The translations under genes were made by a program, and so were the position numbers. From NCBI GenBank assembly GCA_965637545.1, contig OZ281499.1:9424001-9488000 (forward strand): a stretch of 64,000 bases of DNA. The letters run 5' to 3'. The notes beneath the pieces are model-generated. The model searched no databases and was not told the origin of the DNA. It saw nothing but the letters and a program-made list of their open reading frames with translations. Positions 1 to 10,112 of this stretch are shown in pieces. Source of the DNA: Phallusia mammillata. Lineage: Eukaryota. How positions within the stretch are numbered: position 1 is the first letter of the stretch; every line of letters starts with the position of its first letter.

Positions 1-472
1 TTTACCAGGTCACCACTGCATAAAAAGGTCAAACACATTTGTGATTTTAAATATATCCTCCTACATAATTTTTGCCTGGATGTAAATGGGCAAGCTTGTT
101 TAATTAGAACGTAGGACTTAACAAGACAGGTGTCTATTTTAGTGCAACAGCCATGTATGTATGTTTTATAGATTTCCTTAGTGGGTATCATGTCACATCT
201 CCTAAATGTGTAACGCTTAGTGCAGCTTGCCTGATTGTAGTTGCCCTGAATAATATTTTTTCCACCTATATTGCCAGATTTTTTGCCAACTACAAATACA
301 AATTAAGTAACGGCTTAACTAACAGCGATTATTTTTGCTGTACACGTATTTGTTGATTAAGCTCATAACAAACACACGAAAGAAAATATTTCAAGCATTT
401 TTTGCTCTAAAGCGTTTTTTTTTGTCAAAATATGCAAAAAATACTTAATCTTATGTAGTTAATCATACTTAC

Positions 473-2453
473 TTATTTATGAAAACTTCCAAACCCTTCC
501 TTCTCTCTTCAATAAATTCTTCAGCAAAAAGGCCTTCGTCAGATCTGAATGGAAGCTGTAATGACAATCCTTGAGGAGGCAAAGCAGGCACTACAATCTG
601 CAATTTAGTGATAAAATAAAAAAATAAACCCTTTTAGTGCAATTGTATTGAAACAATGCTTTAAGCTAAGAAGCAAAAATGCACATTATTACATACATAC
701 AACATGTGTCTTAGGTTGGATTTAAACCAAATTATTGAAGAATATTAGTTTTTAAAGCTGGTGTGCTCTTATTAAACAAACAAGGAACAGCACTTTGAAA
801 GATTCAATGCCTAAAATGGATTTCTTTACATTAAAAATCAATTTCTTTATGTTAAGTTACCTTACTATCTCTTTCTAATTCAGCCCCTAACCATTTAAAG
901 TCACTATATCTTCGTCGCACTGATTTTTCTTTGTGTTTGAAAACAGGCAAATTTGTCTGAAACAAAAATTTATTAACACTTTAATATTACATTTTGTGCA
1001 ACTTCTTAATTGTACAAAAGACTAATGCAGTATGAGGTTATCTTGCAATGTGTTTGAGCTAGAGCCAGTGGTGGGATTCAGCCGGTTTGCACCGGTTCTA
1101 TAGAACCGTCTCACGAAATTTTATGAGATCAGCGAACTGGTTATCATTACTGTTTACTGTCAATGGACTTTTTGTAACAGAACCGGCAAATTATGACTTT
1201 TGTGATAGAATCACCTGACAAAAAATTGAATTCCACCACTGGCTAGAGCCCTTTGCATGACTTACAGCAAACTACATTATATGTTCATTGGAATAACTTA
1301 GAACATATGAAAGTTATATAAATAACACCCGATTATAACATGCAAAAATAAAAATGAATTCTGCAATGGAAGAAATGGAACTGTAAAACGCCTTTTGAAG
1401 TCAATTATTTGTACTTAACACACACAAACAATGTAGAATCTTAAATGGGTTTTTAGTAGGAGACACCCAAGAAAAAGTATTTGCCTACTATTTTTAAGTG
1501 CATTGTATATTTCAGGGCAGATTGGAAAATTTTCTTTTTTAATGTAACTGGAATAGATTGTAAATGCATGAAACTGGCCATTGTATCAATTGAACAGTTT
1601 TTAGAAGAGGTTTATTATTTGTATGGTTTAAATCTTAAAACGATTGCAAAAATTACAGCAGTCCACAATTTATGGCACTGTTGAATCACAAAACCAATTT
1701 AAATTATTCTTTTCATTCCTCATATATATGAATAAGAAATCAACCCTATGCAGAATCCCTTTAGGTTTTACCGGGTGAAACTAAAATGCTGAATATTGCA
1801 GGATGCCGCGGGAGACGGTGGGACGTCATGAAAACCGCTGAATATCGAGTTAAATTGCTGACGGTTAGTACTATTAAGGTTGAGGTGAGGTTTTATAATA
1901 GAAAATCATTACAAAAAATTCCGCCCGATACATTCCGCGACCGAGGATTTTGTGGTTGGAACATTGCGCGTCTGAGACGTCCTGCAATAGCACTTTTGCC
2001 GAATGTCAGAAAATAGCTGAATAAGTTTTAGGCAGGGACATTTTTAGATTCATATACTATTATAAAACCTCAACCCAACCCTAATAGCACTAACCGTCAG
2101 CAATTTACCCGATATTTACCGGTCTCCACGATGCGTTTTAGTGTCACCTGTTTTGCCCAAGCAAAGACTTGGTTGCTACAAACGTTCAACTCTACAACAG
2201 GCGACCATACGCTTAAGAATTAAGATGATGTTAAATTGTTAAAAGATAATGGCAAACACTACTATCTTGACTTGCAAATCAGAAATACCTTAAGTTTGAC
2301 TTCATAGTCGGTGTACTTCTTTTTCCATCCTACACCATGATTTTCAGGATTGCAAACTTCAATTTCAAGAAAGTTAGCAGGCAAACTGTAAGCGTCCGAA
2401 AGATCTTGTCTTGGGGCATCCAATCGCCGCGTCGTTAAATCATCAGTCGCCAT
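473..2453 (-). CDS. SNX3: Sorting nexin 3/12 (PX domain), partial; last exon lies left of the window
   Basis: Exons 2453-2289 (MATDDLTTRRLDAPRQDLSDAYSLPANFLEIEVCNPENHGVGWKKKYTDYEVKLK), 956-861 (TNLPVFKHKEKSVRRRYSDFKWLGAELERDSK) and 597-473 (IVVPALPPQGLSLQLPFRSDEGLFAEEFIEERRKGLEVFINK). All are GT-AG with consistent phases. RRYSDF and FIEERRKGLE are SNX3/12 PX motifs. Confidence 0.95.
1066..1241. mobile_element. Non-autonomous hAT-type MITE (family 1) in SNX3 intron 1
   Basis: TIRs CAGTGGTGGGATTCA / TGAATTCCACCACTG and perfect 8-bp TSD GCTAGAGC. Related copies at 41699-41878 and 56588-56754. Confidence 0.9.
1772..2150. mobile_element. Fold-back MITE-like element with long interrupted inverted arms
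   Basis: Termini CGGGTGAAACTAAAATGC and CAGGTGACACTAAAACGC (reverse complement). Inner arms 1857-1901 and 2057-2101 are nearly complementary. No clear TSD. Confidence 0.65.
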
Positions 2454-3348
2454 GGTAAGTTACAATTAAAACCTTACAAGATATATGGCCCTAAAATTAT
2501 CAGAGTGTTTGACTTTTACAAGTTTCTGCAAGAAACAATAAAAAAAAGTTAATCTCAACAATATATGCCCAAATGCAAAAACACTTCATGTAATGTATAC
2601 ATGCTACAACATAACTTCGCATGCAATCACTTAATGTGACCTTTCCAAACGTTCGGTTAATTCATCATTCCGCAAAATTATGCTACGTTACCCCATTAAA
2701 CATTATGTTTTGCCAAATCTGCTATTCCGCTTGAGCGGCTGCGGGTTGATTGCTTGATTGTGACGTCATAATGCATAAGGAATTCCGATTGTCGGATGTA
2801 ATTTACCGTTTGTTTGTCAGCTTTCTTGATTTTCGTTTGTGCTCGCTAATTTGTATTCCTATGCGCTCGCTTTCGTGTCCTATAAATTTACATTGATAAT
2901 CCATTCATAAACGGGCTTGATATTTTTTAACAGGAACATGTTGCAATAATATGCATTAATAAATGTATAATTTTTCGATAGCTAGCAAAACTACAGTGTA
3001 AAATTTATTTTTTACCGTATTAAAAATATTTATCTCACGTTGTTATCCCATGATTGCGCAACTTTACCCGGTGACGCATCGGGGAATTTCCCTAGCTGTG
3101 GAAGTAATTTTTTTTTAGGTCGAGGAAACAGATTGAAAGTAAAACGCTTCTGCTTTGCATCAAACAATTTAATTTGTCATAAATTGTAATCATTCTTTAT
3201 AGTGGTTTCTTTTAGTGTTCTTCATGGTAAATTAGTTTTTGTGCACTTATGGAATTGTCATAAATTAAGAAGCTTTTATCTTTCAAGTTAAAACATATTA
3301 AAAAATCGTTTTGTTTTTAAAGAGAGATTAAGTAAAGTTGATGCTACA
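2454..3348. promoter_or_regulatory. Divergent SNX3/LTN1 promoter region with CRE palindrome
   Basis: Head-to-head ATGs at 2453(-) and 3349(+). TGACGTCA at 2761-2768. CpG-enriched relative to the flanks. Confidence 0.6.
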
Positions 3349-6300
3349 ATGGGGAAACAAAAAGGTCAAAGCCAAAGGACAAAAGGAAACCTCCGTCCAT
3401 CAAGCAGTGGAAGAGCAGCAAATTTCCTATCAACTGACAACTTAGTTGGATTTGAATCTCTGGCCGGGGATCTTGGATACATTCCAATATTGAAATCCTT
3501 AGAAGATGATACAGAGAGTTTAATTGACCCTCATTTTAAAGTGGCTTTGTGCAAGTTGTCCAAAAGAGATGTAACAACCAAGCTAAAAGCATTGGCAGAG
3601 ATTAGTGAACTATGTGAGACTTCTGATGTAAATGGCACCACTTCAGTGTTGCCGTATTGGCCAAGGCTTTACAACAAACTTTCTACAGACAATGACAGAA
3701 GGGTTCGTGAGTCGGTTGAAAATGCCCTACAATCTTTGATTTCTGTTGTAGGCAAGGCAATCGCCCCCCATCTGAGAAGTATTATAGGGGCTTGGTGGAT
3801 CGCAAGATGTGATTCTTATGCGCCGGCTGCCTCAGCGGCAATCAATGCTTTTCTGAAAGCATTTCCGTCTGAAGAAAAACAAAGGAAAGCAATAGTTTTT
3901 GGCCAGGAGCAGATTTTAGATGCTGTTTTTACTGGAATGTTTATCGCAGTCAAGGCTGTGGATTCTGGCAATGATGAAAAAGATGTATATCGAGAAACTG
4001 CCTCAAGTATTGGTGCATTAGCATCCTTTCTTAAAACATTCCAAACTGAAGATATCACCCTCAAAACTGAGTTGCTGTGTAGAATCTTGGATGAACCCAA
4101 ATTCTGGAAATTTGCCAAGCATAAATCACCAGCCATAAGATCCGCTTACTACTGTGTTTTGAGTGCACTGTGTAAGGCCACTCCTCAGATACTTCAAGAA
4201 CATAAGCAGATAGCACTGAAATCTGTCCTATGCAAATTAAATGAATGTGACCCATTGATCAGTAAAGCAGTCTGGGAGGCAGCAGATAACCTTACTGCCA
4301 CTTACAGCGATTGGTATGAGCATGTGGATGTAAGAAAAGGCTTTCTTCCTCCACTTTGGGGGATTTTGAAATCAGGATTTTATGGCAATGCCCATCTAAT
4401 TTGCCCCTACCTTTTACCACTGGTTTCAAGATTTCCTGCTACATTGGCAGTGATCCCAGTTTATCAGGAGTTTTTTGCATGCCTTCAAGTTGGAATGGAA
4501 AGCGACATCATGGTTAAGAGTGCTAGTGGAACAAGAGCTGTAGTTACTGCCACTGTAGAATGCATGCAGTACATTTTGCGCAAATCTGTAGAAACTTGTG
4601 AAGAGCCAGACTGGGAAATTGCAAACCATGTCCTAAAATCCCAGCTGTTTCCTTTATTGGAAAAATCAGTTACGAAAAGTGATTTTCATTCATACCTTCT
4701 CACTCCTTTGCATCAATTGATAGCAACAACTATGGGCACCTTGGCTCAAAAAGCTGTTGCTTCACCAAGACCAGAAAATCTACAGTCTGTTAGTTCTTCC
4801 ATTTGGGCACATATTTTACATCTGGGATGTGCCCTTATTGATGACATTTTGAAGGCTGAAAACACTGATTTGTGCCTATCTGATGAACTCAAACCATACA
4901 TAAGTTTCTTAAAGGCAGTCAAAAGTGTGTGCTATGGTAAACCGAATTCAGCAACACGGGCACAAAAAGTAAAATTTGGTGAATCAAATAAAAGTAAGAA
5001 CACTAACAGTGGTAGCAAGGATACTATTGTAACCAACATGTATTTACTTGATTCCTTCGAAAATTGCCTTACAGACTGGATGAAATATTGTATTACTTCA
5101 GTGAAATTGAATTCAATTCAAACTTTGGAGCTGGCTACTTTAATTTTGAGCAAATTTACAACAAAAAAGCTCCTTGAAAAGTTTACTGTTGGTCTAAACC
5201 TGTCTGAGTCTCCAGAAAGTCCTAATGTATGTGCAGGTTTAGTTTTGAATTCATTTTTATTGCCATGCTTCCAAGCATGCACAAAGGAGCTGACATTGAA
5301 CCTACCAACAAATGTACCTGAGTCATTTTTCTCATGCATTAGGTGGTGCAGTGCTTGTGAAGCATCAGATTTCCTTACCACTTTGTATACAGCTAAATCC
5401 AATACAGATCTTTGTACCAAACTTGCACAACTTCTTGTTGACAATGCAGAAACTTCAACCAGTACCCCCTTTGTAACATGGTTAACACAAAAACAATGTC
5501 CACTTCTTGATTTTTATATTGGTTTGCTCAAAAACAATGATCACAAGTCGGCCCTTATCTTAACTCCAGAATGGAAATGGATGCATTCCGCTTTGAATAA
5601 GGAACTCACATTTGGTACTGAAATGGCTTCTTCTCCACTTTTAAGTGGAAACCAAGCTCTTTGTTTATTACAAAGTATCAAAGAACAATTCTTATTGACT
5701 GATTGTAGCAACGACAGTGTGCTAGCATTTAACCATCTGGTTATGGATGCAGTAAAAAATTATGAAGAAGATGCAGACTTTCTTGTCGGTGTAGATGACT
5801 GTTTAATTTTTGCTCTGAAGTCTTTGTTGCAAAGAAGTTTGGAAAATAGCGAACATACAGACACAGCCAATGTTGCAGAGGTTGTTGACAGGTTTCTACA
5901 AACAACAGTGGCTCATAAAAAATACCTCCTGGCCATTTCAAATGAGATTCAGGACTTTCTTTTATGTCATTTGGAAACTGGTAACATTATTGACTTAGTA
6001 AGCAACCTGATGCTTTCATTTTCTGAGAGAAATGTATCTGCATCATGCATTCAGGACTGGTTGTCAGCACTCATACCAAATGAAAGAGTTTTTGAGGATT
6101 GGCATTCAAGTATTGGCTCAAATTGTTGGATGACTCTTGATTCCATTTTAGATGGAAATTGTTTGACATTTGATGTAGACAAAGCAAATGCAGAACCTAA
6201 CATACCATCTGAATGTGACTATGGTTTGTTAACCATTCTTAATGCAATTATCGTGGGAATTAAGGCATTCCCTCTGGCAGGTCAAATTACACTATCATCT

Positions 6301-8583
6301 AATTTTCAGAAACTATTCATGGAAAGTGTTTTTCTGAACACCATTGGTTCTTGCAATCATGAGTTGTTGGATGTACACAAAAGTTTGATGCAAAATACTG
6401 ACTTTGCATCTGTTATGTGCAAAAAGGTATTTGAAAACTCTGTAACTACTGGTGGAGGATGGTACCGGTGCCTTACTTATTTTCTTGAAATCTCAGACTC
6501 AAACACCACTGATCTGTTTTGTGAAATGCTTGTAAGCAAATTGACACAGGGCTGCATGTTAACTCCTGAACTTGCTACAACAATTAATCTACTTTCTGAA
6601 AAAATATCAAAGCATCTTTCTATAACAGAATGGTTAGGAAAGGTTGCCCTTGAAAATGATTTGACCTATTTGCAAGATGTGGAGAAAAACTGTTCCATGG
6701 CCCTTGCAATTTCCTGTCTTGTGAAAATTCTCAGTGGCCAAGAATCTACAGATCAGTCCAAGGAAGTTGTCTTTTCCATTTTACAGCTGATTGTGCAGTG
6801 GAAAGCAAGTTACCCAGATTCCTTTTTGTTTGATTGCAACCTATCCGAACACACCAACAAACAACTATTTTACAATACAGCCATTGCAAGATTCATAATG
6901 TACACAGTGTCATTCAATGTGTCAGCTATACATAATGATATGTGGGACTTTTACCAGTGTTCTACTGTCTCATGGTTGGAAAGTGTTTCTTCAACATGTG
7001 AAACCAGCCCAAGTACACATACACTCATCCTACTAAATGCTGCCAGCAAACTCATGAATGCCCTGAGTACATTTTTGACATCCCAGACTGCTATAGAAGA
7101 CCCAACACTGCCTAGTTCTTTGACAAATGAATGGAAGGAGTTCTTTGAACCAGCAGCACATGTCAACTTGTGCACCATATTTATGCTGTTAAACAGTAGT
7201 GAAATCTGTATCCATGACAATATTATCCACAGCATGTTTGCATCCTTGTCACGAGTCTCTATTGATTCTCTACTCAGCGCTACAAGCAGGCTAAAGCCTT
7301 ATTTGTACCCTGGTTCTAGCTTGCCTGATTCATTTCAAACATTACTTTATCATCTCTGCACAGTTTTCAGAAAACCTGTTAAATATTCTGGAGCAACCCA
7401 GGCTTTGTCGTTTAGGCTTCTGAACACAGTAATTCAACACATGTTTGTGTCTGAAGATGATGACAAAATCGCAGAATTTAAATTGCCCGACAGTTTTCAC
7501 AATGTACTGAAAGAAGCCAGCAACAAAACCTTAAACATGTTGGCAGTGTTTAAAAACCAACAGACCCGAAGACATACTGTCACACAGATGCATGAAGAAG
7601 ACAGTGAAGCAGAAGAGGATGAACTTCAAGACCAAGAAGAAGCCACAACAGCAGAAACATGCTTCCCAGATCTTGATATTACCGAATTTTTATCTCTTAG
7701 CGCATACCTCTTTACCTGGAGGTTGGCTGTGAAATCAACCAATCATGTCAAAGCAGATCATCGCTCCAACTACATTACATCAATGAACAAGGACCCTGTA
7801 ACAAATTTAGATTCACTCCTGACCAAGTTGTGGTACTTGCTTCCAGATGTTCCTTTGGTTTATTCTGATTCCAGTACAGACATGACGGAAAAAAGAATAA
7901 ACTTATTTGAAACTGAGCCAGATTTTACCACAACTGCATTTGATCTTAATCTCATTCAACATCTAGCATGCCTTTTGTACAAAGACATCCTCAGTAGCAT
8001 GCCAGTACTAATTCGCAGTTGGTATAATGACCTATCCAAGCTAAACCGCGCAAATGTAGATTCATACACATCGAGGTATGTAAGCCCAGTGATTTGCAAA
8101 GCCGAACTGCAAACGGTTTCACTTTCCAAGCACCAGCAAGATATCGCAGTAAGAGCTCGCCTGGCTACAAGAGAGGTTGTGGCAAGATATGAAGTATCTG
8201 ATGCCGACTTTGAAATCACTGTACAGCTTGCCGCTAACCACCCCTTAAGTCCTGTACAAGTGAATACTGTAAAACGTGTTGGAGTGGCCGCTTCGCAATG
8301 GCGCTACTGGATCCTGCAAATGACAATGCTTCTGCTGCACCAAAACGGCAGCATCATTGATGCGCTTCTTCTGTGGAAGCAAAAGGTTGACAAACGCCTT
8401 GATGGACTTGAGGAGTGTATGATTTGTTTTTCAGTTGTGCATGGCAGTAATGCCCAGTCGCTTCCTAAACTGGAATGCAAAACTTGTCACAAAAAGTACC
8501 ATGCTGAATGCCTGTACAAATGGTTTGATACCAGTAACCAGTCAACCTGCCCTTTATGTAGAGCGCCAATGATGTTTCGATAG
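3349..8583 (+). CDS. LTN1: E3 ubiquitin-protein ligase listerin (ribosome quality control), 1744 aa, single coding exon
   Basis: N-terminal QRTKGNLRPSSSGRAA and LSKRDVTTKLKAL, HEAT-like body, RWD-like region and C-terminal RING CMICFSVVH...CKTCHKKYHAECLYKWF...TCPLCR. The ORF is uninterrupted. Confidence 0.97.
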   Translation: MGKQKGQSQRTKGNLRPSSSGRAANFLSTDNLVGFESLAGDLGYIPILKSLEDDTESLIDPHFKVALCKLSKRDVTTKLKALAEISELCETSDVNGTTSVLPYWPRLYNKLSTDNDRRVRESVENALQSLISVVGKAIAPHLRSIIGAWWIARCDSYAPAASAAINAFLKAFPSEEKQRKAIVFGQEQILDAVFTGMFIAVKAVDSGNDEKDVYRETASSIGALASFLKTFQTEDITLKTELLCRILDEPKFWKFAKHKSPAIRSAYYCVLSALCKATPQILQEHKQIALKSVLCKLNECDPLISKAVWEAADNLTATYSDWYEHVDVRKGFLPPLWGILKSGFYGNAHLICPYLLPLVSRFPATLAVIPVYQEFFACLQVGMESDIMVKSASGTRAVVTATVECMQYILRKSVETCEEPDWEIANHVLKSQLFPLLEKSVTKSDFHSYLLTPLHQLIATTMGTLAQKAVASPRPENLQSVSSSIWAHILHLGCALIDDILKAENTDLCLSDELKPYISFLKAVKSVCYGKPNSATRAQKVKFGESNKSKNTNSGSKDTIVTNMYLLDSFENCLTDWMKYCITSVKLNSIQTLELATLILSKFTTKKLLEKFTVGLNLSESPESPNVCAGLVLNSFLLPCFQACTKELTLNLPTNVPESFFSCIRWCSACEASDFLTTLYTAKSNTDLCTKLAQLLVDNAETSTSTPFVTWLTQKQCPLLDFYIGLLKNNDHKSALILTPEWKWMHSALNKELTFGTEMASSPLLSGNQALCLLQSIKEQFLLTDCSNDSVLAFNHLVMDAVKNYEEDADFLVGVDDCLIFALKSLLQRSLENSEHTDTANVAEVVDRFLQTTVAHKKYLLAISNEIQDFLLCHLETGNIIDLVSNLMLSFSERNVSASCIQDWLSALIPNERVFEDWHSSIGSNCWMTLDSILDGNCLTFDVDKANAEPNIPSECDYGLLTILNAIIVGIKAFPLAGQITLSSNFQKLFMESVFLNTIGSCNHELLDVHKSLMQNTDFASVMCKKVFENSVTTGGGWYRCLTYFLEISDSNTTDLFCEMLVSKLTQGCMLTPELATTINLLSEKISKHLSITEWLGKVALENDLTYLQDVEKNCSMALAISCLVKILSGQESTDQSKEVVFSILQLIVQWKASYPDSFLFDCNLSEHTNKQLFYNTAIARFIMYTVSFNVSAIHNDMWDFYQCSTVSWLESVSSTCETSPSTHTLILLNAASKLMNALSTFLTSQTAIEDPTLPSSLTNEWKEFFEPAAHVNLCTIFMLLNSSEICIHDNIIHSMFASLSRVSIDSLLSATSRLKPYLYPGSSLPDSFQTLLYHLCTVFRKPVKYSGATQALSFRLLNTVIQHMFVSEDDDKIAEFKLPDSFHNVLKEASNKTLNMLAVFKNQQTRRHTVTQMHEEDSEAEEDELQDQEEATTAETCFPDLDITEFLSLSAYLFTWRLAVKSTNHVKADHRSNYITSMNKDPVTNLDSLLTKLWYLLPDVPLVYSDSSTDMTEKRINLFETEPDFTTTAFDLNLIQHLACLLYKDILSSMPVLIRSWYNDLSKLNRANVDSYTSRYVSPVICKAELQTVSLSKHQQDIAVRARLATREVVARYEVSDADFEITVQLAANHPLSPVQVNTVKRVGVAASQWRYWILQMTMLLLHQNGSIIDALLLWKQKVDKRLDGLEECMICFSVVHGSNAQSLPKLECKTCHKKYHAECLYKWFDTSNQSTCPLCRAPMMFR

Positions 8584-9185
8584 ATTTGTGGTGTATGTCT
8601 CATTCTAAAATGATTTCTTGTCAGTTTTATTACGCATTTCTCACTTTTGCAAAAAAGTTTTGAACAAACTTGTGATGTAAACAGGTAGAAAATTATGCTT
8701 TTTTCCCGACACATAGTTTCTGATCTGTTTAATTGACATAATATTCCAACAAATATTACTTATAGTTCCAAATCTCTTGTTGATGCCTTCATCTCTGAAC
8801 TATATCTAATGCTTATGTATTGCAAAAACAGGTCAAAACTAAATTCTAATGTATTGTGGTGAATGTCATTTGTAAGTTGAAACTATCGCTTGGAAAAATT
8901 TGTGTTGAATTGTATCTTTTCGCAGTCATTATGCACAAATTGATGGTGAAAGAAAATGTGTAAGTTGCATTGTCCTGATGAGCTTTTTTTAGCAAATGTG
9001 TGTGTTTAATTTTTGGGTTGTGCCAAAAGGTAGATTTGGGTTTCAGGCAAACACTGAGAAATTTTAGTTTATGAGTCACTGTTGTTATGTAATTGATTTA
9101 CCTAGGTCAGGGAAAAAAATCATTCTTTGGGGATCAATGTGCAGTTTTGTCGGGTGTGTGAAATTTTGGTGGAAAGACATTAAGG

Positions 9186-9502
9186 CAGTGGTTCTTAACC
9201 TGTGGGTAATTACCCCCAAAGGGGTAATTTGGCATTTTAAAAGGGGTAACATAGATTTTCTGTTATAGTTATCTTTAGATTGTTGGTTATCATTATTGCA
9301 ACCAGCAAACATTTTGTAATGAGGGTAAAATGTATTCAAAATAATTCAATAAAAATTCAATCTTAATAGATTTATCGGCGTCCTGCCACATTTTCAAAAT
9401 AAAAAAGAAGTAACTTCGATGGCAAACGTTTCTAATAAGGGGTAATTGATATCCATCAAAACATTTTGTGGGTAACAACAGAAAAAAGGTTAAGAACCAC
9501 TG
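9186..9502. mobile_element. hAT/Charlie-like MITE
   Basis: TIRs CAGTGGTTCTTAACCT / AGGTTAAGAACCACTG and perfect 8-bp TSD CATTAAGG. Confidence 0.9.
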
Positions 9503-10112
9503 CATTAAGGGGTAAGTTTTACCATTAAAATCTCCCAAGAGCTAAAACTAGTTTAACACTTTCAGTGCTGCCAGCAATCACCCAAACATGCGTTCTGTGC
9601 GGGCTTTTGTTAATTATTTCAATTATTGCGCACAATTGCATTGTCTTGTCTGCTGCAAGGCCTCAACAGCATCAATAACGAATTGCAATGAAAGTAATGT
9701 TACAACTTATGGACAATAAAATCTATTGCACAATAATTTACTACTAAACCTTAAGCACAATGATTACACAGTGTAACTACCTCAAGCATTACTGAAAGTG
9801 TTAAAAGAATTCAGTTTAAATGTAAAGAATCTGTAGGATCCAAGATCACTACTAGATGTTTCTGCCTTTTTTGATCTACTAGCATTTTAACACCATTGGA
9901 TCAGGTCTCATAAGAATAGCCAATTAACCAAACTGCATAGATCTCAGCATGGGTTATACACAATAGTTAATCTAATTACATTGCACACAAATGATCTGTC
10001 TACTAGTTGCCTGTAACCTTGTCACAATGAAGGTATAGTCCAAGGATATTTTGTGTTTCATTTTTATTTCGACATAAAGCAAGAAACTCAAAGGAGCATG
10101 CTTATGTAGATT

